In this document: one piece after another, positions 1-11,962 of the stretch
How positions within the stretch are numbered: the first letter of the stretch is position 1
Layout of the letters: every line of letters begins with the position of its first letter
DNA from: Iphione sp. A-MEVVRFRX5
Lineage: Eukaryota
NCBI GenBank assembly: GCA_976226885.1
Contig: OZ320316.1
Location: 89,032,001-89,096,000, forward strand
Length of the DNA: 64,000 nt
Direction: 5' to 3'
The notes under the pieces: generated by a model
The model's database searches: none
Told to the model about the DNA's origin: nothing
The model's input: the letters and a program-made list of their open reading frames with translations, nothing else
Program-made: the position numbers and the translations under genes

Positions 1-204
1 AATTGTCTGATCTTGATATATGAATATTGTCATCAATCCTAGCATTTTCGGCATGAAGTATATATATACATTGTATATGTACATATACACACATTAATAT
101 CAATCATGTGTTTGTTTCGTTCAGTGAATTTAGGGCCGCTGATAGTATCTAGGAAAATCAATTACGAAATTATGCTATCTGCTGGAAGCACTTCTACCCA
201 CTAA

Positions 205-514
205 GGCCCTGTTCACATGCATCCTGATTTTTACGGACCGCACCCGGACATGGGGACAGAATTTCTCCCAGCCTGGTCTTATCATTATACCCATTCACAT
301 ACATACAGATGTTTCCGTGTCTGCACACGGGTGCAGGTTTTCTATCCATTGAGCATGGAAAAATCCAGACCTAGACACGGATTTCCATAGAATGCAATGT
401 TAAATAGACATATACTACCCTTGTGGAAGCAATTAACAACCCTCTCGGCAGGGAGTATTATCCGCACACGCATCCAGGGATGGATTTTTCATGCAGTTAT
501 ATGTGAACAGAGCC
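205..514. mobile_element. PIF/Harbinger-like MITE, 310 bp
   Basis: TIRs GGCCCTGTTCACAT (205) and ATGTGAACAGAGCC (501-514; reverse complement GGCTCTGTTCACAT). Flanked by TAA (202-204) and TTA (515-517), the TWA target typical of PIF/Harbinger. Confidence 0.7.
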
Positions 515-1038
515 TTAGCCTGGTACATTACCTGTTCAAATACATGTACACTCCCTTTATAAATTTGTATGAGTCCTAGAGTTCTTTTGTCACCTATGTG
601 ATAGGAAAGAATTATAATTTTAGTATACATACTTGCTGCTAAAAAAAACATCGTACAAAAAAGCGATAATTGGATAGTTCATTAAAGATATTTGTAAATA
701 CAGTATATCACGAAAAAAATCTAAAAATAACTGAAAGTTTTTCTTCCTTTGTTATTTATATACATGGACTAAGATTCTAGCCAGATGCTAACAGTTTTAT
801 TCTCTGAATTGAATTAACTTAATATTTTGATAATTCAGTCAGTGTTATTCTTTCATGATTTTATGAAACTATAGGTGCATATTTGCAGACAAACACGTCA
901 GGAGTTCACGTGGACAAGCATTTCTGAATGTTAAGGGAGCAGATATTCATGCAGCTAGTTTCGAAGAATACGTAGTCGGGCTAAAACAGTGATCGTTGCT
1001 GAAAAGGCTCAGTGCTGCCATGTGAAATGGGTTAGGCT

Positions 1039-1040
<2 letters not shown>

Positions 1041-1104
<64 letters not shown>
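1041..1104. repeat. (TC)32 microsatellite
   Basis: Perfect dinucleotide tract. It explains the ER/SL-rich ORFs at 947-1141 and 989-1243. Confidence 0.98.
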
Positions 1105-1107
<3 letters not shown>

Positions 1108-4100
1108 TACTTGCGTTATGAAACAAGCTCGCTGTGCGCACTTAGCTTGGGGCATCAGGCCTCTCGTAGCTGATCACGAGAGCACGGATATTGATGCTAC
1201 TGGTGACTCTGCGAAAAAGGTGAGGGGCCGCTTTCATCCTTAGAATTTAACCTTCTGAGGTCGATGCAGCACGAAAAGATGTGCTGTAGTAAGCTCATAT
1301 TTAGTGTGTTGCATGTCTTCGATTACGCATACAAGAGAAAGCTGCCAGTAGTGCACGACGAAATCCGCCCTGTATTGTGCTGCCTTCAAGGCACCGTAGA
1401 AACAATGCACGGTGGAGGGTCTGTCCCTTTATGAATAGATGACGACAGCTAAGTTCCTATTTGTTCAGCTGCCATGTTCTATGGAGGGAGATCCAGAAAT
1501 GTCAGTGGCTGAGATGGCAGTAGAGAGATTGGAGGAAGATAGTGTGGCAGGAGGGGCCGAAAGCTGAAATATAAGGCAATCCACGATGAGATTTGGTCCC
1601 CAGGATTGTCAGGTTCAGGATTGTCAGCATCTGCTTAGTCCTATATATTTCTTCCACACTGAGCATTCTGGCTGAAGGTGATTTCCATCGAAAGAGCAAA
1701 GACAATGACAAGGAAAGAACCACTATATTGACTGCGTTTACTTGATTGTCATTCATTAACAAAATTGTCCAAGGTACCTTGTAATCTCGTTTAAAAATGT
1801 GGCATTTTTATGGCAAATGCTGTGTTATCGGTGACTGAAATTGCCCTCTGTGACTTTTCAAATCTGCTTTTTAATGAGACCAATATTTCTCATTAAGGGG
1901 TGGGGTCAACTTTCAGTAAAAACGTTCTGAGTTGTTCCTCTCAGTGCTGACTTCTGAAACAGACGCAGTGTGTCACCGTTGCGTTGATGTTCTGACACAC
2001 ACCATCTAAGGTATGTTTTTTCCCTCCCCCGCATTAGCTTAACACAGGGTTTTTACTGTGTACGTGACTTCATCTCGGACACCGCTTTTGTAAATTGATA
2101 CATCGATATATTTGCGACAAAAGGACGTTCTTTCTATTCGTTGGGTTTACCATGAGGACCTACTTCTCGGCTACATTAATGCCGAACATTCTCTAAACTT
2201 GAACTCAGATTTCTTTTACAAATAGTCTTCATTTGCTGAGCATATCCCGTGAGTTTTGTATACCCTAAAATACATCCCGTCCGAGAGCACAGTATCTTTA
2301 GGTTTAGCGCAGTATGGTTTTACGGATCTATGTAGCAGCCCTTATCTACGTGAATTACAATATTACATATTACTATTGTATAGGCAATTTCTACTACTGC
2401 ATGTTCTGAATGCATTTTTTTTACAACAAAACTGCGTATTACTTGAGACGTCCGTGGCAGATATGATTGGTGCGTGTAAGAGTGATGAAAAAATGAATTA
2501 TTATATATTAAAAAGACTTTGAAATTACATGTCAAAACGTATCTACCGGGATATATCCATGTGCATTATTTGTAAGGATATGAGCAGCCAGGCTTAAAAC
2601 CCACGTACATGTGTTTTTACGACCAAGGCGACCTGCATGGCAAGGAAGTATAGGGAAAGTGGTACTCATGTAAGAAATTATCAGACAAAACTGCATATTT
2701 CCACACATTCTCACACCGGTATTTTTAGCCCAGATTTGCAGCACATTTGCCATTTTGGGCCAAATTTACCGCAGTTTCAACATTTTAAAACTTTCTTACC
2801 AAAAGTCCATCAATATCAGTGTTTTTCAGCGAAATTTACATCACTTTTGTCATTTTGGGACTAAATTTCATGCTTCTCCGTTCTTGCACGTTTTTTTTGT
2901 CAAATCTGCATCATTTTTGCTCCGGATACACAGAAACCATGAAAAACTCAAGCTACATGGATTTTATCCCTTATCTAGTGATATGACTACACCAAAACAA
3001 TCCAAACTACAGCATGCCTAATACTGACATGCTAATGCAAGTATAGTGCAGTTAGAAAATGATGAACCCCAGAGTCACAATCTCAAACTCAACTTTGCTT
3101 GGGCTTGCGTGACCATACTATAATTATGTCTGTCATATGTCATTATATAGTTATGTAAATGTATAGACTTTATATCCATTGAGAACATGCTAAAGTATCT
3201 ATCTTTATTTTCAAAGTATTTGAGAAAGTGCAGTACACTGATGCTATGACTAGAAACCTTTTTTTAAATTTTGAACATTGTAAGTGACCGTAATGAAAGT
3301 ATGACTGGTACATTGAGATGGGTGGGTGTGGCTATGTGACAGTATGGCGATGTGTCAATTGGAACACTTCCCAAGTAATCACCTGCAATGAAATACTCCT
3401 ATCTATATATGTAAAACCACATGAACCAATCAGGGTATCCAAACACCCATGCAAACCTCCATCATACAACCATAAGTCCTAATAAGAAGCCCACCAGGCT
3501 ACCAGCTCCATCTTATTTAAGGATGGATTATTCCAATGTGTTTAGCCATGGGTGCATCGGGCTATGGGACATAATCACAGGTACATTGGACTATGAAGCT
3601 TAGCCTTGGATGTGTCGGACTATAGGTTCATCAGACTAAAGGATTTAACATATAGATGGAAGTAATAACACATCATAAAATAAAAGTCTTGATAGTGGTT
3701 TACGTAGATGTTGCTTTCACTATTCATTCAATGTCTAGTGAAGTATTGATAGAATTTTTTTGCAATAAATATTATGGGTTCAGAAGAGCCCCATAAAGAC
3801 GATAAGAAGCTTTTGGCTGATGAGTCATTCAAAATGGTCTTTCTTCATCATTACAAAAAGATATTCCCACCTCTTTCCGGTAAATAATGTCCAAATGGGC
3901 CCCATTCCACTGTTTATAACATGAAATGCTCTGTACTCGGACTTCATCTGCTACATATCAGATATTTTGTTCATGCATTAGAAGACGTTGACATACTTTC
4001 CATGAGGTGAATCCGTGTTGTTCAGATAGGCTTCCTGCAACTGTGTGTGCATATGTAATCATCTATGTTAGGAAAATATGACCTTGATTCCTTTATGATA

Positions 4101-5244
4101 ACACGTTCGGACAGGCAGGTTTGTTTATGTTCTAATGAGCTGCTGTCAACAAAGATATTAACCTCTTAATTTCAGCTGAACAATGTACCGGTATCAACAA
4201 TGTTGAATTATGATATGTCAGATATATTCGTAATATTTTATGATTATAATGTCTTACTAAGTTAGGCGGGTTTCACATGTATCCGTGATAGAGGAATGCA
4301 TCCATAAGCATTTTATTTACTCCATTCACTTGCATCGGAGGTTTCAGATGCAGCCATTAGCATAGATGCGATAGATGAACACTTCGGTTTGCACTTTCCT
4401 GTACCAATTTTGAGATGGGTTATGACCCAAATAGTCACGTAATTCCAGGTTAACATTGTCGGGAGACTCATCTGACCTCTGGCTTTATATTATCATGCAC
4501 CCCTTGACGGGTGTGGGGTAGGCTTGGGGGGTGGTTACGGTTGGGGATAACACACAACATGCCATAAAAATATATAGATACGTTTCAAGCTTGCTTGAAT
4601 AATAACAAAGCATGTAGAGTTGCTAAACAAAAGATAAATTTATACAGTATGGAAATTCACAACAGCTAGTTTAATCCGCTTCAAGATGGGCATGCAGGAT
4701 ATCTGTATCTGAGTATTTCATAAGCATGGGGATGTTCCTTTCCATATCGTTAACGCTATCATATCCCTACACCGCCAATCTGCAAATCTGACCGTGAACC
4801 TTGCCTGGACACCTACATGTATTTAAATTTTCCCGGAGCAGTCCCTTCGCACTATTTGACTAAGTCGTATTTGTCCACAGCATTGTCTGAAAAGACATTT
4901 TCCAAGGCATGCCTCAGGAATTATAACAGGGACAGAATATCTGAGAGATTCCGTAACATTGTGCCTCTAACGTTTCACTTTTCATTTATATCAGAGATTT
5001 GAAACTAAGCAACATGTTCAGCGTGATACATAGTATTTGCATGAACGTGTGGTCAGTTTATCCAAATATCGTTTTTCTGACAACTGTCAGTAGGCTGGTG
5101 TCACCAGGATAATTCACATGTCACATTGTAGGTACTGCTAAATGTTTTCTTCGTAGATATATCCGATTGCGTGTTTCACAAAATACGCAATGAGGTTGGA
5201 CAAAATCCTAAAATCTAATATCGCTCATATGCAATTTTTCTTCT

Positions 5245-5588
5245 AAAATGGTCATGACATTGCTATGCTGATGATGGACATGAAGGCCTATTTTGTAAAT
5301 GGTAATAATGAAACACATAAGACACTTAAGAACATTTTGATAATATATACCACTCTATTTTGGAACAGCGCCGCACATTTTTTTACACTTTCGTCAACTA
5401 AAGGGGATTTTAGCATTAAATGGTCAGGAAATGGCTACGCTGATGATAAAAATTAAGGCCTCTTTTGTAAATGGCAATAACGAAACATATAGGACACTTC
5501 ATAACATTTTGATAAAACGTACCACTCTCTTTTGGAACAGCAGCATGTTTTTTGACAGTTTCGTCAATAAAAGGGGATGTGAATATGG
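5245..5588. repeat. Tandem duplication, 2 x ~172 bp, diverged
   Basis: GCTGATGAT at 5267 and 5439. Both units carry TTTTGTAAATGG, AACATTTTGATAA, ACCACTCT.TTTTGGAACAGC and TTTCGTCAA in the same order. Confidence 0.9.
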
Positions 5589-7197
5589 GAATAGTAAATC
5601 GAACCATTTCTGCGAGCTTCTGTTCCTATCATCAACATGTACCTGGATATCTTTACTTTCATATGTATAACATACACATACATCTAGCGCCAGACGTTTG
5701 CTTTAACGCCTCGGATGCTCTGCATAGACTATGAAATGAAAAGCAATACTGCGTTCGTTGGCAGGTTTATGAGAGATTTGTCAATAAACAAACTTGTAAA
5801 ACATATACATGTATTTCGTATAATACTGTCCCATGAAAAATACGTTTGGTTTGCATCTCAGTGCATAGTTAATGTAAGTAGATTTATGGGAAAAAAACTT
5901 TATAAGACATTTTATTGACGATATGATTTGTTACCTGTAATACCTTTTGACATTTCATTGCAAGGTGCATTAGGATTTACGCAAATACAGTGGCACATCA
6001 TAGACTACAGTAGGGATACAACATGAACCCCAGACGGTGCGGATCTGTACTGAATATCACTTTTATAGTAACTCATGACCACTAAGTGGGCAGCACTTGA
6101 ACATCGGACAGATATGTACAATCGCCGACGTTTTTACTATATAGGACAAGTCTGTACTGGGCAGCACTATGTAGTTTTCGTTGTCTAAATTTATTATAAA
6201 CTCTGGTTCCTCTCCGGTGTGTCGGGAGTTTAGTTTCCGTGACTAAACATTTCTTCTGGACTCAACAGTTATTACATATCGTTGAATATTCAGAGAGACT
6301 GGCTGTTGTGGATGAACTTGGACATCTGAGGTACGTCTCGCAATATCTAAAGCCATTTATTAAGTTGGTTTTTCCCTATAGTCTTCGCCTAACGCAAGCT
6401 ACGTACACAAAATTATTCTGTAAGCCGAAGACAAATTATTTCTGCACGGCTTCTACGCGGACAATAAAATGTGTGCTTGGATGGCTGTAATTTAATCGCA
6501 GTAGATAGGTGATCGTGCGAGTGTTTGCTTGAATCTATTATTATTTCGCCAAATCAATTCATTTCACATGATACATGTGTTTACAACACTAATTCTTTAT
6601 GATACGCCCTCTCTTCTCAAGTATATTTTTCAAAGGTACCCCTTAAATGTCAGATAGTTTTGTCCTGCTTCGTTTGTTGATTAAATCCTTGTTGTTGGAA
6701 GAACTGTATTTCATACCCAGATGGAAATTTATTGATGAAAAGTGCACTGGGTTGTATTCATAGTCTTGTGTCGAACGAATAGACCTGCAAGGGAATGGCG
6801 TGCTTATGTAAAGAGGTGTTTTTTGCTGAATATTTTTTTAGGAACACCTACAACAAATAAATAGCAAAAAACATTCTGATGTGAACATTGAGGTGGATGA
6901 AGCAACTGGCCCTGTCTGGTAATTTGCTATTCGGCAGGAATCACTTCGATGGTCCAGTGATACAGTGGTCTGACAAGATTGCCTGAATAAGGTCTTGTGC
7001 AATATTGTCACAGTTGCAAAGGGTATGACATGTATGTAAGGGAGGAGTTGACTGAAAAAAAAACACTTGTATGTTGCATGCTTAGATTTGGCCAGATCTA
7101 TTCAAGCGGACTCTTCTATATTTATTTCCTAAAGGTGTGTCAGACTCTGCCAGGCACTCAATAATTACAGGAACGGAGTCTTCATGAACGCAAACCA

Positions 7198-7470
7198 TCT
7201 TCAACCTAATGAAACAAATTCTACGAGTCTACATGCATTTTATTCCTCAAATCTAAATGGCTAGCATATATCACACCCACTATGTACATACGTCTTCATA
7301 AGTTTGCCAGATTTAGCCAGACACACACTACAGTATTAATAACTGGGTTTTTGTGAACTCATCACAACTTCAACCTAAATCAATTAAATTCCATAAATGT
7401 ATATTTCATTTCTTCAATCTAAATGGCTAGCATATATCACTTCCAACATGTATACACTACTTCAAAAAGT
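7198..7470. repeat. Diverged direct repeat, ~105-bp units about 170 bp apart
   Basis: CTTCAACCTAA at ~7198 and ~7369. AATCTAAATGGCTAGCATATATCAC is identical in both copies (~7251, ~7416). Confidence 0.85.
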
Positions 7471-7497
7471 TACTGAACTGTTACTATTGCTAGTCAT

Positions 7498-7928
7498 CAT
7501 ATTAGGATCTTCTGCAGGATTCAAAAGAATCTGTTCCCTGTCTTTGGCTTACATTAGACTCATCATTGTATCTCACCAGCTAAAAGGTAATACTAGTGTT
7601 AATAAAGTAACTTGAATTTTTCAAATATATAGTTCACTTATTTAAATTATAACGGTGTTGTATCTCAAATTACAGACAGCTCCAGAATGAAAAATAGATT
7701 GATGGCGATATGTTAATTCTTTTGAAACAAAAGAATGAAATCTAACATTGCAGGGGTGGCTTTAAATATCTGTATCCACTGGTAACACTGTGCAAAGTTC
7801 ACGAATGTCTTGAATAACCATTGTGTCAGCAGAAAATTGAAGTTTCTTGTTAAAACTGTGATTCTAATGTAAGCCGAAGGCAGGGAACAGATTCTTCTAG
7901 ATCCTGAAGAAGAAAATCCTAATATCAC
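7498..7928. repeat. Inverted repeat with ~70-bp arms and ~290-bp spacer (possible old MITE/foldback)
   Basis: 7498-7565 ATATTAGGAT...AGAATCTGTTCCCTGTCTTTGGCTTACATTAGA matches the reverse complement of 7858-7928. The ORF track shows the same peptide (RICSL..AYIR) on both strands. Confidence 0.85.
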
Positions 7929-8096
7929 TTTAAGCTCAAAGCACTAACAAAGATCACTAAATCTGACTTCAAACAAATGAAGGGTCAACAACGATTAGCC
8001 AATTAAAGCATAGCTATGTCTTGCTCGAACTCAGACAAGCTCCAATGCCTGATAAAGCATTTTCGTAGTCAGTGTGTTAATTAATCAGCATGTAAG

Positions 8097-8600
8097 ACCC
8101 AACAATTACATAACTTTTCACAATGTTTTAAAAAAATCTCAAAAAGCCTTTACAATGTTTTCACAATGTTTTTAAAAAGATCCCTCAAAAGCTCCATACA
8201 ATGTTATGAAATAACATTTTCAAAACATTTGGAAAACATTTGGAAACATATTAACATAGCTTATAAGGACAGGCAGACTCAGTTGTCAAATGTATAAGAG
8301 TACTGACACCACCAGTGATGTAAAGGACATAGATTCAAATCCCTAGCAAGGCAATATTTCAGATCATGAAAAAACTAAAACATTCCTGTATAAAAGTGAA
8401 ATTACACAATAAAATAGTATTCAGGGGAATATTGAAGTATATATAAAGAGATTAAGAAGTATATATAAAGAGATTATTTACATGGTAACATTTTGAAATT
8501 TAAGGTTATATAGAAATATCTGTAAAACATTTTTCAGAAACATTTTAAAAATATTTTCCAAAAATGTTTTTGGACAATGTTTTTGATGTTTTCAAGATCC
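8097..8600. mobile_element. Degenerate remnant resembling the AACGTTTT/AATGTTTT-rich ends of CMC/EnSpm-like MITEs
   Basis: Starts CCCAACAATTACATAAC, then clusters of ACAATGTTTT/AAAACATT at 8115-8250 and 8520-8590, as in the MITE at 47517-48339. No intact right TIR seen. Confidence 0.35.
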
Positions 8601-9899
8601 TTCACTTTAACCCTTCACCCTCTGATAACCTTCCTACAAACCTTACAGAACACAAAGTTTTCTTTGAGAAAAAAGTCCCCCCTATGCCCATTCGTGGAAC
8701 TGAACCCACTCACTAAACGTTCATTCCATTATGAACCAATTATCTAGCTGTTATAACCCCTGGTTGGTTCTTCAAGCAATAAACTTTTACTACTACTACT
8801 ACTACCTAACCCATTTGTTGGCATGATGCATCTTGACCATAGTGTGCCCGTTTTGTATAGAATTCTCTCGCCATTTTACACCAACAAACTGAGATAGTAT
8901 GAGATAGTCAAATAACTGTATGACTGGGGAACAGGAAAATCTAAATAGAATTTGACTTATTTTTGCCAGTAGATGCCTATGCTATTTCCCACAATGGGCA
9001 TTTTCTGCCTCACTCGTTTTGCTCCCTTTCATACCCTGGTACCTTCCCATGCTAAACACTTCCGACGGTCACATATACTGGAATCGGTGTTTCATTTGGA
9101 CAAGGAACAATATGGTCACGATGTGAAGGTCGGAATGCAGCACACTAAAAAAACTACTGTGTTCACTCAGTAATCGATCGTTGCATCCGTAATATCAGAA
9201 AATATAACATTTGAACTAAATTGCCGGGCAGTAATTACATATGCACATTACTGGTTAATGTAAAACTAATACATGTACAGTGAAAGATACACGGTAGATA
9301 GCGTCAGAAGAAGCGACACATCCTATGAAATCACTATGGAAGACACTAAATCATTTAAGAGTTGGAAAAAAAATCATCTGGCCATAGTGAATAATGTGCT
9401 TTACGAATAATTCTAGGTAATGGGTTCCTTGATTTTACATTTTGAATTTATACAGAGGAGCATTGTCCAAATACAGATAATGGGAGGCTTATTCTATAAA
9501 AAACAACGCAGTAGGTGGAAAACTATATATGTAACTTCGCACATGATGCCACGTGTCATTGTATACATCAGAGACTTCTCCACATTTCTTGCAATGATTA
9601 TCCCCCCCTATACCTTCACCATCTTCGCTTCTCAATTACCGTTTAGCAATTTAAGAATTATGAGGGAGGCTTCTTTATAAACCTAATCCTCCACTGTATG
9701 CCAGTAGGATAAGATCTTGATGCCATGTTCCGAGTTAACATATACAGTGGAATCCCTCTATTAAGGACATCCTCTATAAAGGACACGTCATATTATGTAC
9801 AGGCTGAAAACAGAACCAAATCTATATAAGCATGTTCTAATATGGCTAGCAGTGACACTCTCTATACTTTCAGTGTCCCAGCAACCTCTCTTAAACTGG

Positions 9900-10025
9900 G
9901 GACTAATCCCTAGGGAAAAAGCTGTCCCAACCTACATGACTAAGCTCTCATTGGATAAGGTAAACCTCATCCAATGAGAGGACAGTTATATAGGTTGGGA
10001 CAGCTTTGTCCCTAGGGATTAGTCC
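9900..10025. repeat. Long near-perfect palindrome
   Basis: Arms 9900-9934 and 9991-10025 match at 34/35 as reverse complements. Inner arms 9945-9956 and 9969-9980 match 12/12. Confidence 0.95.
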
Positions 10026-10046
10026 TTCAGCCATATCAGAACCACA

Positions 10047-10147
10047 ATTACGGACTTTATCTCATGAAAGGTCAGGAGTTTAATTGCCTCCGGCCTCGGC
10101 TGTCAGCAATTAAACTCCCCGACCTTTCACTTGATGCCGTCCATAAT
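10047..10147. repeat. Second hairpin/palindrome
   Basis: TGAAAGGTCAGGAGTTTAATTGC (10065-10087) pairs with GCAATTAAACTCCCCGACCTTTCA (10106-10129). Outer ATTACGGAC pairs with GTCCATAAT. Confidence 0.9.
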
Positions 10148-10690
10148 CATGTAGTTTAAACACTCCTGCTATAAAGGACACCTCTCTTTATGGACCCTCT
10201 TTGGTCAGTCCCTTTGTTGTCCATAAGAGAGCACCTCCACTGCACTGGTAAATAGATGTATCCGGGCATTCCAAGGCAAAGGACTGACGATGCCTGGAAG
10301 CATTCTCCTATACAGGGCGAGTAATGCTTCAAGGTATCATGGAAGCAGGGTAGGTTTTGGTATGGTTTCTAGGATTTGTTGTGACTTTTTGTGGAAAGGA
10401 AAAATGTCGATTACAATTTTTAGGTCCATGCCTTAATCCTTATTTGGATTTTTTTGTATGATATGAATTCGGAATTGATTAAAGGCCCCGGTCCTTTTGA
10501 CGGGTATCTGGCTAGACAACCTCACAGCATTTTGACTTTAATGCACTCATTAAATAAAGATTAACGCTCCCGCTAGAAACGAGTGGATCTATAACTACTA
10601 GCAGGATGCTCTCAAAACGCTGATGAGAACGGGTCCGTTATCTTGTGTGGCAAAATATATTCCCATAGTCATCTTGCTAAATATATTTCA

Positions 10691-10783
10691 AGATATATAT
10701 ATATATAGAGAGAGAGAGATAGATATCGACTTGGAGAGGGAAAGAAAGAGAGAGAGAGAGTGAGAGAGAGAGATACACACACA
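10691..10783. repeat. Compound (TA)/(GA)/(CA) microsatellite
   Basis: Visible dinucleotide tracts. Confidence 0.9.
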
Positions 10784-11962
10784 CCACACACTTCATGCGG
10801 GATACTTCCTCTGATAGGAATAGAAGTAATGAAGCCTACTACTGTCAGACTATCTTCAGACTCTGACTTGTTCGGCTTGGTGATTTTCAGCATTCAGTCT
10901 TTCTGCCATACAGCTGCTTACAATAAAGCTGTCGAGATCTTTTGTGATTATGAAGGGCGAATTTTATCACGATCAACGTTTGGGTTATTAGTTATTCAAA
11001 TGCCATACAGTCCTTACTGTCATTTCCTAGATTTCAGATGCGTTCACTAATGGTTTGCTCACAATGTTTGATACTACTATGACTTTCTGTTTCAGGCAGG
11101 AATCGAAGATCTGCTTTTCTTTATAGGCCTATTAGAATCTACCATATCTACCGTACGGATATATTGATACCACTATCTCACCTTTAAAAATGAAGGAACG
11201 ACAAATACTTCAGATGCATTTATTCTGCAAGACACACACAAGTATTGTCATTTTAGGAGAAAGACGCATTCGCATACTATGGAATTCACACTTAATTTGA
11301 ATGATGGATATGCTGTGCATGATGATAGCCAACGTACATATCTAAGTACTGTCGGGCAAACCTTTCAACAAGTTCGATATACGTAATGAAAATGAAGGAA
11401 AATACATCACATGATATGAACTGATCAACTATTCCCTTGAGGATCATAACGACCCAGATGTTTCATATTAGTATATCTGTAACATATTAGTGAAACGAAG
11501 CAATGGCTATACAGTTATTCCAAGGCTGAGACAATATTATCGATATAGGATTAATTATCCAAATGAGAATTTCATAAGTTCATACTTGACTTTCCTTTCG
11601 AAAGGAAATGTTTGGATATATAATATACATGCAGATAGATCTTGCGTTTCTGGGGTAGGTATGTATGACATATATCCCATTGCTTAACTAAACATTCATT
11701 TCCTAAAAATGGGTTAGGATAATCAAAGTTGCATTATGGAAGTAAATTGGTAACTGCAGGAGCCAAACCTTATTAAGAGCTTGCACATGTCAGACAATCA
11801 CCTATTGACAATGGATCATATGTTTCACAGGTCCTTTTCATGTATCACAGAAGAATACCGAGAACAAGTAGCGTCAGAGATAATAAAGAACATTTACTTA
11901 TACCCATAAGTCAGGGAGACTGATTTCATCTCGTTATGTAGAGAAATTGCATTGGCAGGCAA

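Larger units (their letters stand above)
9745..10242. mobile_element. Tc1/mariner (pogo/Tigger-like) MITE, ~500 bp, containing nested hairpins
   Basis: Left end TA|CAGTGGAATCCCTCTATTAAGGACA. Right end reverse complement CAGTGGAGGTGCTCTCTTATGGACA. Internal TATAAAGGACAC repeats. The right flank reads CA rather than TA. Confidence 0.6.

Noticed and set aside
947-1243. ORFs with ER/SL runs (also 24369-24626, 36923-37624, 37341-37640, 37481-37717)
   Set aside because: Translations of (CT)/(GA) microsatellites and GC-rich, stop-poor sequence.
3790-4040. Possible transposase remnant on the minus strand (GFTSWK...HEQ; VADEVRVQS)
   Set aside because: Only two short motif resemblances separated by a stop; too weak without a search.
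8280-8770. Degenerate tRNA-like A/B boxes (also near 30185-30230 and 38515-38570)
   Set aside because: Too diverged to call as SINEs confidently by eye.
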